A DNA stretch of 41,630 bases from UHGV virus genome UHGV-1355554. One strand, written 5' to 3'. The translations under genes were made by a program, and so were the position numbers. Origin of the DNA: a virus. Below, piece by piece: positions 8,207 through 15,780 of this stretch. How positions within the stretch are numbered: position 1 is the stretch's first letter; each line of letters begins with the position of its first letter. The notes below the pieces were generated by a model. It was given only the letters and a program-made list of their open reading frames with translations. It made no database searches and was not told the origin of the DNA.

Positions 8207-8209
8207 AGA

Positions 8210-8497
8210 TTAGCCCTCCTTTTGTTTATGAGGTATATATTTTAAATTTTCTAATTTACAGTTAGCTTGATTACCATCAATATGTTCTAACTCATAGTTA
8301 TAAGGTGGGTTTTGTACATATGTTTGATAGACTAATTTATCAACTCTTACTGTGTGTGCTTTCTTGTTAGTATCATATATTTTTGTGTATATATTATTAC
8401 CAATCCATTTACGTCTAATAGGTTTGTTGTGTCTATTATATACAATACCTCCTTTAGTCACTTCATAATTACTGAACTCAATTATATTGAAAACCAT
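8210..8497 (-). CDS. Small HNH endonuclease (AP2-like N-part plus HNH)
   Basis: C-terminal YNYELEHIDGNQANCKLENLKYIP is an HNH motif. RBS AAGGAGG. Confidence 0.65.
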   Translation of the reverse strand: MVFNIIEFSNYEVTKGGIVYNRHNKPIRRKWIGNNIYTKIYDTNKKAHTVRVDKLVYQTYVQNPPYNYELEHIDGNQANCKLENLKYIPHKQKEG

Positions 8498-8539
8498 ATT
8501 TATTTCCTCCTTTTAATTTATAAACCAATTTTATCATAT

Positions 8540-8570
8540 ATTGAGGTAACGGTCAACTATTTAATTCAAG
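8540..8570 (-). promoter_or_regulatory. Leftward promoter (TTGACC-17-TAAAAT) for the 8497 operon
   Basis: Read on the minus strand as TTGACCGTTACCTCAATATATGATAAAAT. Confidence 0.4.
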
Positions 8571-8900
8571 TAGTGACAAAACAGTGACATTAATTTTGTC
8601 ACTGTTTTTTACAGTAAAAATACTATTATATCAACGTTTGTGAAACCAGTTTTAGCAAAATGACGCAATGACAAAAAATAATTTATTTAAGCCCATATAT
8701 CTATGTTACTACATTATAATGTAGTATTATAATTTATTTTTTTTAATATAATATATTTTGTCATTTTGTCATTATAAAAATAAGAATGTAGATATATCAA
8801 GTGATACAGCGTTTTTATGTGTTAAAATAAGTGACAAAACGATGACAAAAACAAGCGAATTAGTGACAAAATGACAATTTTAGGCTGATTTTTTGTCACT
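8571..8900. repeat. Iteron cluster: at least 10 copies of (G/A)TGACAAAA in both orientations, plus the hairpin CAGTGACA-TTAATTT-TGTCACTG followed by T6
   Basis: Copies at about 8574, 8585, 8595 (inverted), 8662, 8669, 8757 and 8765 (tandem inverted), 8831, 8842, 8863, 8872 and 8891 (inverted). Candidate origin or operator array. Confidence 0.6.
8707..8726. repeat. Perfect 20-bp palindrome TACTACATTATAATGTAGTA, followed by a roughly 35-bp pure A/T tract
   Basis: Reverse complement is identical. The adjacent TTATAATTTATTTTTTTTAATATAATATATTTTG resembles a DNA-unwinding element. Confidence 0.6.
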
Positions 8901-8937
8901 AATAACTGGTCTAATTAACTCACACAGTATCCCTTAT

Positions 8938-8949
8938 CTATGATATAAT
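8938..8949 (+). promoter_or_regulatory. Rightward extended -10 promoter TATGATATAAT
   Basis: About 25 nt upstream of the ATG at 8973. The same motif occurs at 10658 and on the minus strand near 38110. Confidence 0.4.
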
Positions 8950-8972
8950 AGAAACAAAGAGGAGGAGATATA

Positions 8973-9161
8973 ATGAAAGAAGTATTAACCACGATTTTAT
9001 CAATTATATTAAGTCTTTTGATTATCATTGGTTTCGGTTACATTGCTATCTATTTAGGTATGAAGTTACCATATCAATTATTTCAGCAAGGTGATTGGGG
9101 CTTTGCAATTGCACAACTGGTTATCGTATGGAGCTGGTTATTAGGAGGTAATCGCAAGTGA
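8973..9161 (+). CDS. Small membrane protein (62 aa, one or two TM segments)
   Basis: RBS AGAGGAGGAG. Hydrophobic sequence. Confidence 0.5.
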   Translation: MKEVLTTILSIILSLLIIIGFGYIAIYLGMKLPYQLFQQGDWGFAIAQLVIVWSWLLGGNRK

Positions 9162-9367
9162 ATAAGAAAGGGGATAGTTTAATTACGAAAACAGATAAAC
9201 AATTATTATCACTAAACAAAACTGATCTATTAAAAGAGTATCGTGAGTTAGAACGTAAACTACAAAACGTATCAACTAAGACTAAAGAACCAACACTTGA
9301 AGAAGCTATTGAGATAGTAAAGAATCATGACCTGATTGTACGTAAGAAACAAGAATATAACTTTTAG
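9158..9367 (+). CDS. Hypothetical protein (69 aa)
   Basis: ORF overlapping upstream by 4 nt. Confidence 0.45.
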   Translation: MNKKGDSLITKTDKQLLSLNKTDLLKEYRELERKLQNVSTKTKEPTLEEAIEIVKNHDLIVRKKQEYNF

Positions 9368-9380
9368 GAGGTAAACGTAA

Positions 9381-9563
9381 ATGATAACGATTAATATCAC
9401 TTTAGATACTGAGAACAACAAATCTTTTGTTAAATACTTTGAAAGCGAAAATAATCAGCAAGGATTTACAACAGAAACTTTAGAAGAACTTGCTTATTAC
9501 GCTACTACTTTATTGGATGACGTAAGTAATGTAGACAGACAAACAATTATTAGCACTAAATAA
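9381..9563 (+). CDS. Hypothetical protein (60 aa)
   Basis: RBS TTTTAGGAGG. ORF. Confidence 0.45.
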   Translation: MITINITLDTENNKSFVKYFESENNQQGFTTETLEELAYYATTLLDDVSNVDRQTIISTK

Positions 9564-9731
9564 AACAGAACCAACAATAACAGACATCGCTCGCTGGGTT
9601 GCCAGACTTGATGAGTTAGAAGCTGGTCTTCCAATGTATGACGCTCAATATATGCAACATGCTGAAGCATATGCAAGAGCAATGAATGACTTATATGATA
9701 TCAATAGTAAACTAAAGGAGGTGGGAGTATA

Positions 9732-9947
9732 ATGCCATATATGTATTGCAATCAAGAAGGATGTAACGAAACAGTTAAGCTACCAGCACAATACTGTTCC
9801 AAACATAAACGATTAAAGGTACCTAATCCATTACCAGGACCTGAGTCAGTCAAACCGTTACAAGACATCAAAGCATCAGACCTAACAATTAAAGTTGATG
9901 TGGATAAATTTAGCAAGAGTATGAATACAAAGAAGACTACTAAATAA
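9732..9947 (+). CDS. Zn-ribbon-like small protein (71 aa), paralogous to the N-terminus of the adjacent HNH endonuclease
   Basis: CNQEGCNETVKLPAQYCSKHK here versus CAVASCRNYVTLPERYCDAHK in the 9991 protein. RBS AAAGGAGGTG. Confidence 0.5.
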   Translation: MPYMYCNQEGCNETVKLPAQYCSKHKRLKVPNPLPGPESVKPLQDIKASDLTIKVDVDKFSKSMNTKKTTK

Positions 9948-9990
9948 TAGTAGTCTTTTCTTATATATAATAGTAGAAAGGAGTAACGAT

Positions 9991-10383
9991 ATGCCACAAC
10001 GTAAGTGTGCAGTGGCTTCGTGTCGCAACTATGTCACGCTACCTGAGCGCTACTGTGACGCACACAAAGGACACAACAACAGTCAATACAATAAGCATGT
10101 AAGATACAACGATGACAACAAGAAGTATAGTAACTTCTATCATTCAACACAATGGAGGAACGCACGTAAAGCCAAGCTAATGGAGCAACCACTCTGCGAG
10201 GTATGCTTGGCACAAGGCAAGTACACTAAGGCTGATATGATTCACCATATAATCGAATTAAGAAGTCCAAATGGATGGAAACATAGACTTGATTTAAATA
10301 ACTTAGAGTCAATCTGTTACGAGTGTCACAACAAGGAAGAACACAGTTACAGTTGGAAAAATAGAGGTAGGGAACAGCGCTAA
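9991..10383 (+). CDS. Terminase-associated HNH endonuclease
   Basis: N-terminal Cys4 ribbon. HNH core MIHHIIEL...N...CYECHNKEEH. Classic position upstream of the terminase small subunit. Confidence 0.8.
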   Translation: MPQRKCAVASCRNYVTLPERYCDAHKGHNNSQYNKHVRYNDDNKKYSNFYHSTQWRNARKAKLMEQPLCEVCLAQGKYTKADMIHHIIELRSPNGWKHRLDLNNLESICYECHNKEEHSYSWKNRGREQR

Positions 10384-10657
10384 ATCAACAACCGCACAGT
10401 CAAAATTATTTTTAGGGAGACCCAAAATGTTTTTACCCCCTACCTTTTTATAACGAATTAATCGCTGCCCCCTCTTCTTCGCACAAAAGTCCCAAAACCA
10501 ACTTTGAAAAACGTCCTTTTCCCTCGTAAAACGTAATAAAAAACTGGTTTCTTGTGTTGAAACACAAGGATTCACACTACATCTAGTATGCTATTTCCCT
10601 TTAACGAGTATTCCCCCAATAAACAAGATTGAAGCTGGTTTCTTTACACAAGATTCT
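10384..10657. other. Candidate cos/packaging-site region: non-coding, C-tract rich, with direct repeats
   Basis: C-tracts TTACCCCCCTACC, GCTGCCCCCTCTTC, TTCCCTCG and TATTCCCCCAAT. Repeats CTGGTTTCTT...ACACAAG (10544-10570 and 10634-10655), a CTTGTGTT-GA-AACACAAG palindrome and AAAACGT x2. Sits between the HNH and terminase genes. Confidence 0.3.
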
Positions 10658-10730
10658 TTTTATATGATATAATAAAACTATATAAGGGATTTTTTATTTA
10701 AATCAAAATTAACGTAAGGGAGGTAGAACA

Positions 10731-10916
10731 ATGCCAGCTCCAAAACCAATCGTAGTTAAAGATTTAGCCACCGGACAATCTCGAAAGTTTCCGTCACAGT
10801 TCGCAGCAGATAAGTTCTACGGTAAGAAGCTTGGCTATTTTAAGGACGTTCGCACAAAGCTCGGCGGTCGCAACCGTCATTATGAGATTATCGAAATGAA
10901 GGACGAACAAAAATAG
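10731..10916 (+). CDS. 61-aa protein resembling only the C-terminal DNA-binding module of NUMOD4/HNH_3 homing endonucleases
   Basis: KPIVVKDLATGQSRKFPSQFAA...KLGGRNRHY parallels KPIIC..TG...F.S...A...GKRK..GGY in the intact homing endonucleases. TATGATATAAT promoter at 10658 and RBS AAGGGAGG. Confidence 0.4.
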   Translation: MPAPKPIVVKDLATGQSRKFPSQFAADKFYGKKLGYFKDVRTKLGGRNRHYEIIEMKDEQK

Positions 10917-10945
10917 TTGACAACCTCCTTTATTTGTGCTACTAT
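10917..10945 (+). promoter_or_regulatory. Sigma-A-type promoter TTGACA-17-TACTAT upstream of the HNH remnant
   Basis: Read directly. RBS AAAGAGGAG follows. Confidence 0.4.
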
Positions 10946-10972
10946 ACTAGTATGAAAGAGGAGATTTTATTT

Positions 10973-11169
10973 ATGGAAGAAATTTGGAAAGATGTTGAAG
11001 GATATGAAGGTTTATATCAAGTAAGTAATTTTGGAAGAGTGAGGAGTCTAAAGAGTTCTATGGAGCTAGTGAATGTGCTAGACAATTAGGATTAAACCCA
11101 TCACACGTGTCAGAAGTTATAAATGGTAAACGTAATCACACTGGTGGATACACATTCAAATACAAATAG
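10973..11169 (+). pseudogene. Decayed NUMOD4/HNH_3 homing endonuclease: an N-terminal 29 aa joined out of frame to a C-terminal 36 aa, with the catalytic core deleted
   Basis: MEEIWKDVEGYEGLYQVSNFGRVRSLKSS... then, in another frame, ...YGASECARQLGLNPSHVSEVINGKRNHTGGYTFKYK*. Compare the intact copies at 24625, 36771 and 40604. Confidence 0.6.
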
Positions 11170-11175
11170 AAAGGA

Positions 11176-11646
11176 GTGATTATCATAGCCAGACCAAGGA
11201 AATTACTTAACGCAACGAGCAAACACTTAACAACTGAGGAGCGTGAAGCAAAAGAAAAAGAAGAAGAAGTGCTGTATAACTATGAAAAACTAGATTTTAG
11301 TTACTTCCCACCTGGACTAATGCAGGGTGCTTTCAATGAGTGGACGCGCATTGGCTCTTTCATAGGCGATCTACCAATATCAGAACTTGATATGAATACG
11401 CTCATAAGATACTGCAATTACACCTATCTATATCAAGACGCTATTGAACGATTAGAAGTAGAAGGACCCATCACTCCAGATGGTAAAAAGAATCCATTGG
11501 TTGATATTGTTAACTCCTATTCAAAAGAATTGAAATCAACAACCAACGACCTTGGGTTAACAATCAATTCACGAATGAAGATAATTCTTCCAGCAGAGAA
11601 AGAAAAAGAAGTATTAGATCCATTCGCAAAAATGTTTGAAGGATAA
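11176..11646 (+). CDS. terS: Terminase small subunit (P27 family), GTG start
   Basis: ARPRKLL... N-terminus and ...LEVEGPITPDG...LGLTINSRMK core typical of P27-family TerS. AAAGGAG directly precedes the GTG. Confidence 0.75.
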   Translation: MIIIARPRKLLNATSKHLTTEEREAKEKEEEVLYNYEKLDFSYFPPGLMQGAFNEWTRIGSFIGDLPISELDMNTLIRYCNYTYLYQDAIERLEVEGPITPDGKKNPLVDIVNSYSKELKSTTNDLGLTINSRMKIILPAEKEKEVLDPFAKMFEG

Positions 11647-11684
11647 CATACACAAAACTAAAAGTTTGTGGTATAATGGGTACA

Positions 11685-11921
11685 GCAAATAAGTGGTAAA
11701 CATTAGATACACCAAAATATAGGTACTGTCGGAGGTATCTATATTGAACACTCGTGTACGGCGCACGTAAACGACCGCTCGCCACAGTATCTGGCGGATA
11801 GTGTGATAGTATACCCTACTTTACGACAGGAACACTAAAGTGGATATGCACTGAATGTAGGGCGTGTATATTTGCAGATACTAGCCTCCCACTAGTCTAG
11901 CTAACTAGTGGGTCTTTTTTT
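11685..11921 (+). ncRNA. Candidate structured small RNA, or cos-associated element, about 235 nt with its own promoter and intrinsic terminator
   Basis: Extended -10 TGTGGTATAAT at 11667-11677. GC-rich nested helices: CUGUCG/CGACAG, GGUAU/AUACC, CGUG...CACG, UCGCCA/UGGCGG. Terminator at 11888-11921. No ORF with an RBS. Confidence 0.3.
11888..11921 (+). terminator. Rho-independent terminator (9-bp stem CCCACTAGT/ACTAGTGGG plus T7)
   Basis: Read directly. The TGTGCTATAAT promoter for terL follows at 11921-11931. Confidence 0.6.
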
Positions 11922-11963
11922 GTGCTATAATATAAGTGACTAGCATAAAAGGAGGATACATAA

Positions 11964-13736
11964 ATGTTTGACCCAGTACAAGACTATATAGATTTGATTG
12001 AAAAAGGTTATGTAGAAGGTAAGAAATACGTTGTTGAAGATGGGAAATATAAAACAATTAAAGTTGATATTCGTGTAGGAAGTAAAATTAAAAAAGCGAT
12101 TGAACGTCACCAAAAAGAAGTTGAGTTATCTAAAACTCCAGACTATCCATATATTTATAGACCAGAAGAAGCGCTTCCAGTTATTAGGTTTATAGAAATG
12201 CTACCAGAACCCAAGAGTCGTAAACCCATGAAGTTAGCCACCTTCCAAAAATTCATTATTGGTTTACTATATGGGTGGCGCAAAAAGAGAGATAACACAA
12301 GACGTTTTAGAAAAGCCTATATATCTCTAGCACGTAAGAATGGTAAGTCGTTAATTGTGGCTGGTATTGCCTTATACGAGTTTTTGTTTGGTAAGAACCC
12401 AGCAGCCAATCGCCAAGTAGTAGCGGCAGCGAATACAAAAGACCAAGCTGGAATCGTTTTCAGAATGCTAAAGTCTCAGCTGACCGCACTTCGTAGCGTA
12501 TCAAAAGAAGTGAAGAAAAGAACTACCGTTCGTAGATATGATATTGAAGCTAGTGATGAATCAACCGTCAAACCATTATCAAGTGACGCAGACACACTTG
12601 ATGGATTGGACGTTTTGTGTGGTATCCTAGATGAGTATGGCGAAGCTAAAGATACAAGCATTATTGAAGTATTAGAATCCTCACAAGCACAACAAGTAGA
12701 GGGATTAATTCTAATGATCTCCACAGCCACAAAGAATCTGAATGGCCCAATGTTTACAATAGACTATGCTTTTGTTGAAAAGTTACTGAATGAAGAAGTT
12801 AAAGCGGATGCCTATCTCGCATTGTGTTGGGAGATGGATAGTCTAACAGAAGTTGATGATGAAGCGAACTGGATAAAGGCAAACCCTTTGCTAGAAATAC
12901 CAGAAGCGTATGAATCAATGATGGAACACAAGCGAAACTCACTTGATGAATATAAAGGTAAAATGGATTTATCAGGTTGGCTTACAAAAGAAGAAAATTT
13001 CTGGGTTCAATCATCTAAAGATAGTTTTGTAACCAAAGAGGAATGGGACGCAGTGAAAGCACCTACTAATTACAATATTAGAGGTAGAAAAGTATATATT
13101 GGTATTGACTTAGCCAGAACTTCAGACATGACAGCGGTTTCATGGATTATTCCAATAGAAGAAGAACATAAGTTATTGCTAGATACACATGGTTTTGTAT
13201 CATCAGTAGGAGGTATTGACCACAAACAGTCAATTGACAAGATACCATATAGACAGTATGAAGCGATGAACCTCATTCATATTTCTCAACGAGATGATGG
13301 TCTAATTGACACAGAAGAAATGTGTGATTGGATACGTGACTTTATAGATTATAATGACCTGCAACTAGTGGGCATATATTATGATCCATTTATGATGGAT
13401 AAAGCTTTAATTAATCTAAGTAAAACCTATCCAAAAAAACTAATTGAAGTACCGCAGAAAATTAACTATTTATCTTCACCAACTAGAGCATTAAGAGAGC
13501 TAATTCGTAGAGGTGAAGTACTGCACACCAATAATCCTTTATTGAATCGTGCGGCATACAACGCTATGATTAAAGAATACAATGACAGTGTTGCTATTGA
13601 TAAGCAAATAAACAGAAATAAAATTGACTCACTTGATGCCATCATAAATGCGATGAGTGACGCTCAATATCATGATTATGACGCACCAACATTGCAAGAT
13701 TTACTAGATACGGGAGAGTTTGGCTTTGGTTACTAG
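11964..13736 (+). CDS. terL: Terminase large subunit
   Basis: Walker A SLARKNGKS, ATPase and RNaseH-like nuclease domains, 590 aa. Confidence 0.9.
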   Translation: MFDPVQDYIDLIEKGYVEGKKYVVEDGKYKTIKVDIRVGSKIKKAIERHQKEVELSKTPDYPYIYRPEEALPVIRFIEMLPEPKSRKPMKLATFQKFIIGLLYGWRKKRDNTRRFRKAYISLARKNGKSLIVAGIALYEFLFGKNPAANRQVVAAANTKDQAGIVFRMLKSQLTALRSVSKEVKKRTTVRRYDIEASDESTVKPLSSDADTLDGLDVLCGILDEYGEAKDTSIIEVLESSQAQQVEGLILMISTATKNLNGPMFTIDYAFVEKLLNEEVKADAYLALCWEMDSLTEVDDEANWIKANPLLEIPEAYESMMEHKRNSLDEYKGKMDLSGWLTKEENFWVQSSKDSFVTKEEWDAVKAPTNYNIRGRKVYIGIDLARTSDMTAVSWIIPIEEEHKLLLDTHGFVSSVGGIDHKQSIDKIPYRQYEAMNLIHISQRDDGLIDTEEMCDWIRDFIDYNDLQLVGIYYDPFMMDKALINLSKTYPKKLIEVPQKINYLSSPTRALRELIRRGEVLHTNNPLLNRAAYNAMIKEYNDSVAIDKQINRNKIDSLDAIINAMSDAQYHDYDAPTLQDLLDTGEFGFGY

Positions 13737-13748
13737 TACAACTCATGA

Positions 13749-13776
13749 GAGTATGCCTAAACAGCATACTTTTTTC
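13749..13776 (+). terminator. Rho-independent terminator after terL
   Basis: AGTATGC-ctaaaca-GCATACT followed by T6. The TGTGTTAAAAT promoter follows. Confidence 0.55.
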
Positions 13777-13829
13777 TTCTATTTTGTGTTAAAATAGAGT
13801 TAGAAATATCGCAAAAGGAGCGTGAAAAC

Positions 13830-14006
13830 ATGAAATTTGTTGCGGTTATTGTAGCTGTTTTGTATATAATTAGCGCAGTATTTATCGCTTTATCAGCGTT
13901 TTTAGTATCAAATACACTTGGTTTACTTACGTGTGGTATAGGATTCATGATTCCATCAATCGTGCTATACTATGAAGCCACTAACTCAGGAGAAGGGAGG
14001 TCATAA
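13830..14006 (+). CDS. Small membrane protein (58 aa, 2 TM)
   Basis: RBS AAAAGGAG 7 nt before the ATG. Hydrophobic MKFVAVIVAVLYIISAVFIAL.... The ORF track shows only an antisense ORF here. Confidence 0.45.
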   Translation: MKFVAVIVAVLYIISAVFIALSAFLVSNTLGLLTCGIGFMIPSIVLYYEATNSGEGRS

Positions 14007-14009
14007 TAC

Positions 14010-15215
14010 ATGGGATTATTTATAAATAAGGATACACCAGTCACAGAACAACAGCTTATTGATTATATCAATACTGGCACAGTATATAGTACCAATTTTA
14101 CAGGACTAAAAGCGCTTACAAACTCAGATATTTATACAGGTGTGAATATCATTGCTGGGGATATTGCGCAAAGTCCATTCAAACCGATTAACAACAGTAG
14201 CATAGATGAAAACCTGTTAACATTACTAAACAAAGAACCAAAAACGAATCAATCACACTACACTATGATGTATGCAGTAGTGTCAAACCTAATTTTAACT
14301 GGTAATGCATATGTTCTCATTCATAGGAATAACGATGGCTCAGTTAAAGAATTGGAGTTTGTTGAAACACAACAAGTAAACGTAATCAGAGACCTTGCAA
14401 CAGGTTTATACAGATATGAGGTTAACATGCCATATGGTAATATCATGTATAAATGCAAGCCTAACGACATTTTACACTTCAAGTTAAGCACAACAGATGG
14501 GTGGTTAGGCCGTTCACCACTATTATCTCTTAATGAGGAAATATCACTACAAACCAACGGACTAAAAGTACTAAACAATTTCTTTTCAAAAGGTGTATTC
14601 TCAGGCGGCATTCTTAAATTATTGAATGGTACCGTAAACAACCAAACGAAAGCCAAAATTAGAGAAGACTTTGAGAAAGTGAATGGCGCTGGAGGAACAA
14701 TCGTTCTTGATGAAACTCAAGAATTCAATGAGAACAAAATCAACACAGAAGTACTAAAATTAATTCAAGCCAATAAATTTAGCACGCAACAGATTGCCAA
14801 AGTATTGGGTATTCCAGTAAGTAGATTTGGACAAGAACTAGTCAACTCATCTGACACAGGTCAGAATGATATTTATATTGCCAGCACTATTGCGATGTAT
14901 GAGTCATCTATCTGCGATGAGATAAATCTAAAATTAGGAGTAGAGTTGGAATTAGATTTATCTAAACTACGCCAAGATACAAAAGAAGATAGACTGCGTA
15001 GAATTGCAGAAGGAAGAGTGAAGTCTGAATTTGCACAAGCCTTAACGGTAAATGACGCACGTGAGTATCTTGGTTTTACTGAGATTGAAGGAGGAGAAGC
15101 CTTACTTGGTCAAACACCAGAAACAAGTGAAAATAAAACAGAACAGGATGTGAATGTTAATGAAGAAGAACTTGGAGATCAGAGCCCTACAGACACTGGA
15201 GAAGACAGAGGATAA
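14010..15215 (+). CDS. Portal protein (HK97 family)
   Basis: 401 aa. Position after terL. Acidic C-terminus. Confidence 0.85.
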   Translation: MGLFINKDTPVTEQQLIDYINTGTVYSTNFTGLKALTNSDIYTGVNIIAGDIAQSPFKPINNSSIDENLLTLLNKEPKTNQSHYTMMYAVVSNLILTGNAYVLIHRNNDGSVKELEFVETQQVNVIRDLATGLYRYEVNMPYGNIMYKCKPNDILHFKLSTTDGWLGRSPLLSLNEEISLQTNGLKVLNNFFSKGVFSGGILKLLNGTVNNQTKAKIREDFEKVNGAGGTIVLDETQEFNENKINTEVLKLIQANKFSTQQIAKVLGIPVSRFGQELVNSSDTGQNDIYIASTIAMYESSICDEINLKLGVELELDLSKLRQDTKEDRLRRIAEGRVKSEFAQALTVNDAREYLGFTEIEGGEALLGQTPETSENKTEQDVNVNEEELGDQSPTDTGEDRG

Positions 15216-15711
15216 TGTAGTAGAAGGATATGCACTAAAATTTAATAAAGAATCACGTAATTTAGGTGGATTTGTGGAGACCATTTCACCAGAAGCATTA
15301 GAAGGGGTAGACTTAACAGACGTACGGTGTTTCATGGATCATGATTCTAGTAAACTATTAGGACGCACCTCAAGTGGTACACTGGAACTGAACGTAGATG
15401 ACATTGGGTTACATTTTCGTTGTGTACTTCCTGACACAAGCAATGGACGTGACGCAATGGAACTTGTAAAACGTGGTGACTTAAATCAATGCTCGTTTGG
15501 TTTCACAGTAGCTAAAGACAAATGGACAAAAGGTAAAGACATCATGAAACGTTCAATCAACAAGATTGGTTCATTATTAGAAATTTCTCTAGTATCCATC
15601 CCAGCCTATGATGACACAGACGTACGAGTTGCGACACGCTCATTAGAAGAAGCTGTTAATGAATTAGAGAAACAACGCTTAGAAGTTGAATTGGAGCTGT
15701 TGGGCTTGTAA
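15160..15711 (+). CDS. Prohead maturation protease (HK97/S78 family); start uncertain (15154 or 15160)
   Basis: Motifs GYALKFNKES...GGFVE, HDSSKLLGRT and DLNQCSFGF. Confidence 0.8.
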   Translation: MKKNLEIRALQTLEKTEDNVVEGYALKFNKESRNLGGFVETISPEALEGVDLTDVRCFMDHDSSKLLGRTSSGTLELNVDDIGLHFRCVLPDTSNGRDAMELVKRGDLNQCSFGFTVAKDKWTKGKDIMKRSINKIGSLLEISLVSIPAYDDTDVRVATRSLEEAVNELEKQRLEVELELLGL

Positions 15712-15780
15712 TTTAAAGCCCACAACTTCTAATATGTATGCTATAATTAAAACAGAAAGCTAGTGAAGGAGTGAGATTGA

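Noticed and set aside
8498-8972. CRISPR array or tRNA in the large intergenic region
   Set aside because: The repeats are 9-mers in mixed orientation without regular spacers, so this is not CRISPR-like. No tRNA-like T-loop (GTTCGA) or acceptor-stem pairing was found in any intergenic region.
10309-10575. Minus-strand 88-aa ORF across the cos-like region
   Set aside because: Overlaps the 3' end of the HNH gene in antisense. No RBS. C-tract-driven proline/phenylalanine-rich translation.
11564-11785. Minus-strand 73-aa ORF (GTG start) spanning the end of terS and the structured intergenic RNA
   Set aside because: No RBS. Antisense to terS. Hydrophobic junk translation. The region is better explained as a non-coding structured element.
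13757-13948. Minus-strand 63-aa ORF downstream of terL
   Set aside because: Antisense to a plus-strand 58-aa membrane-protein ORF that has a strong RBS and sits in the plus-strand operon.
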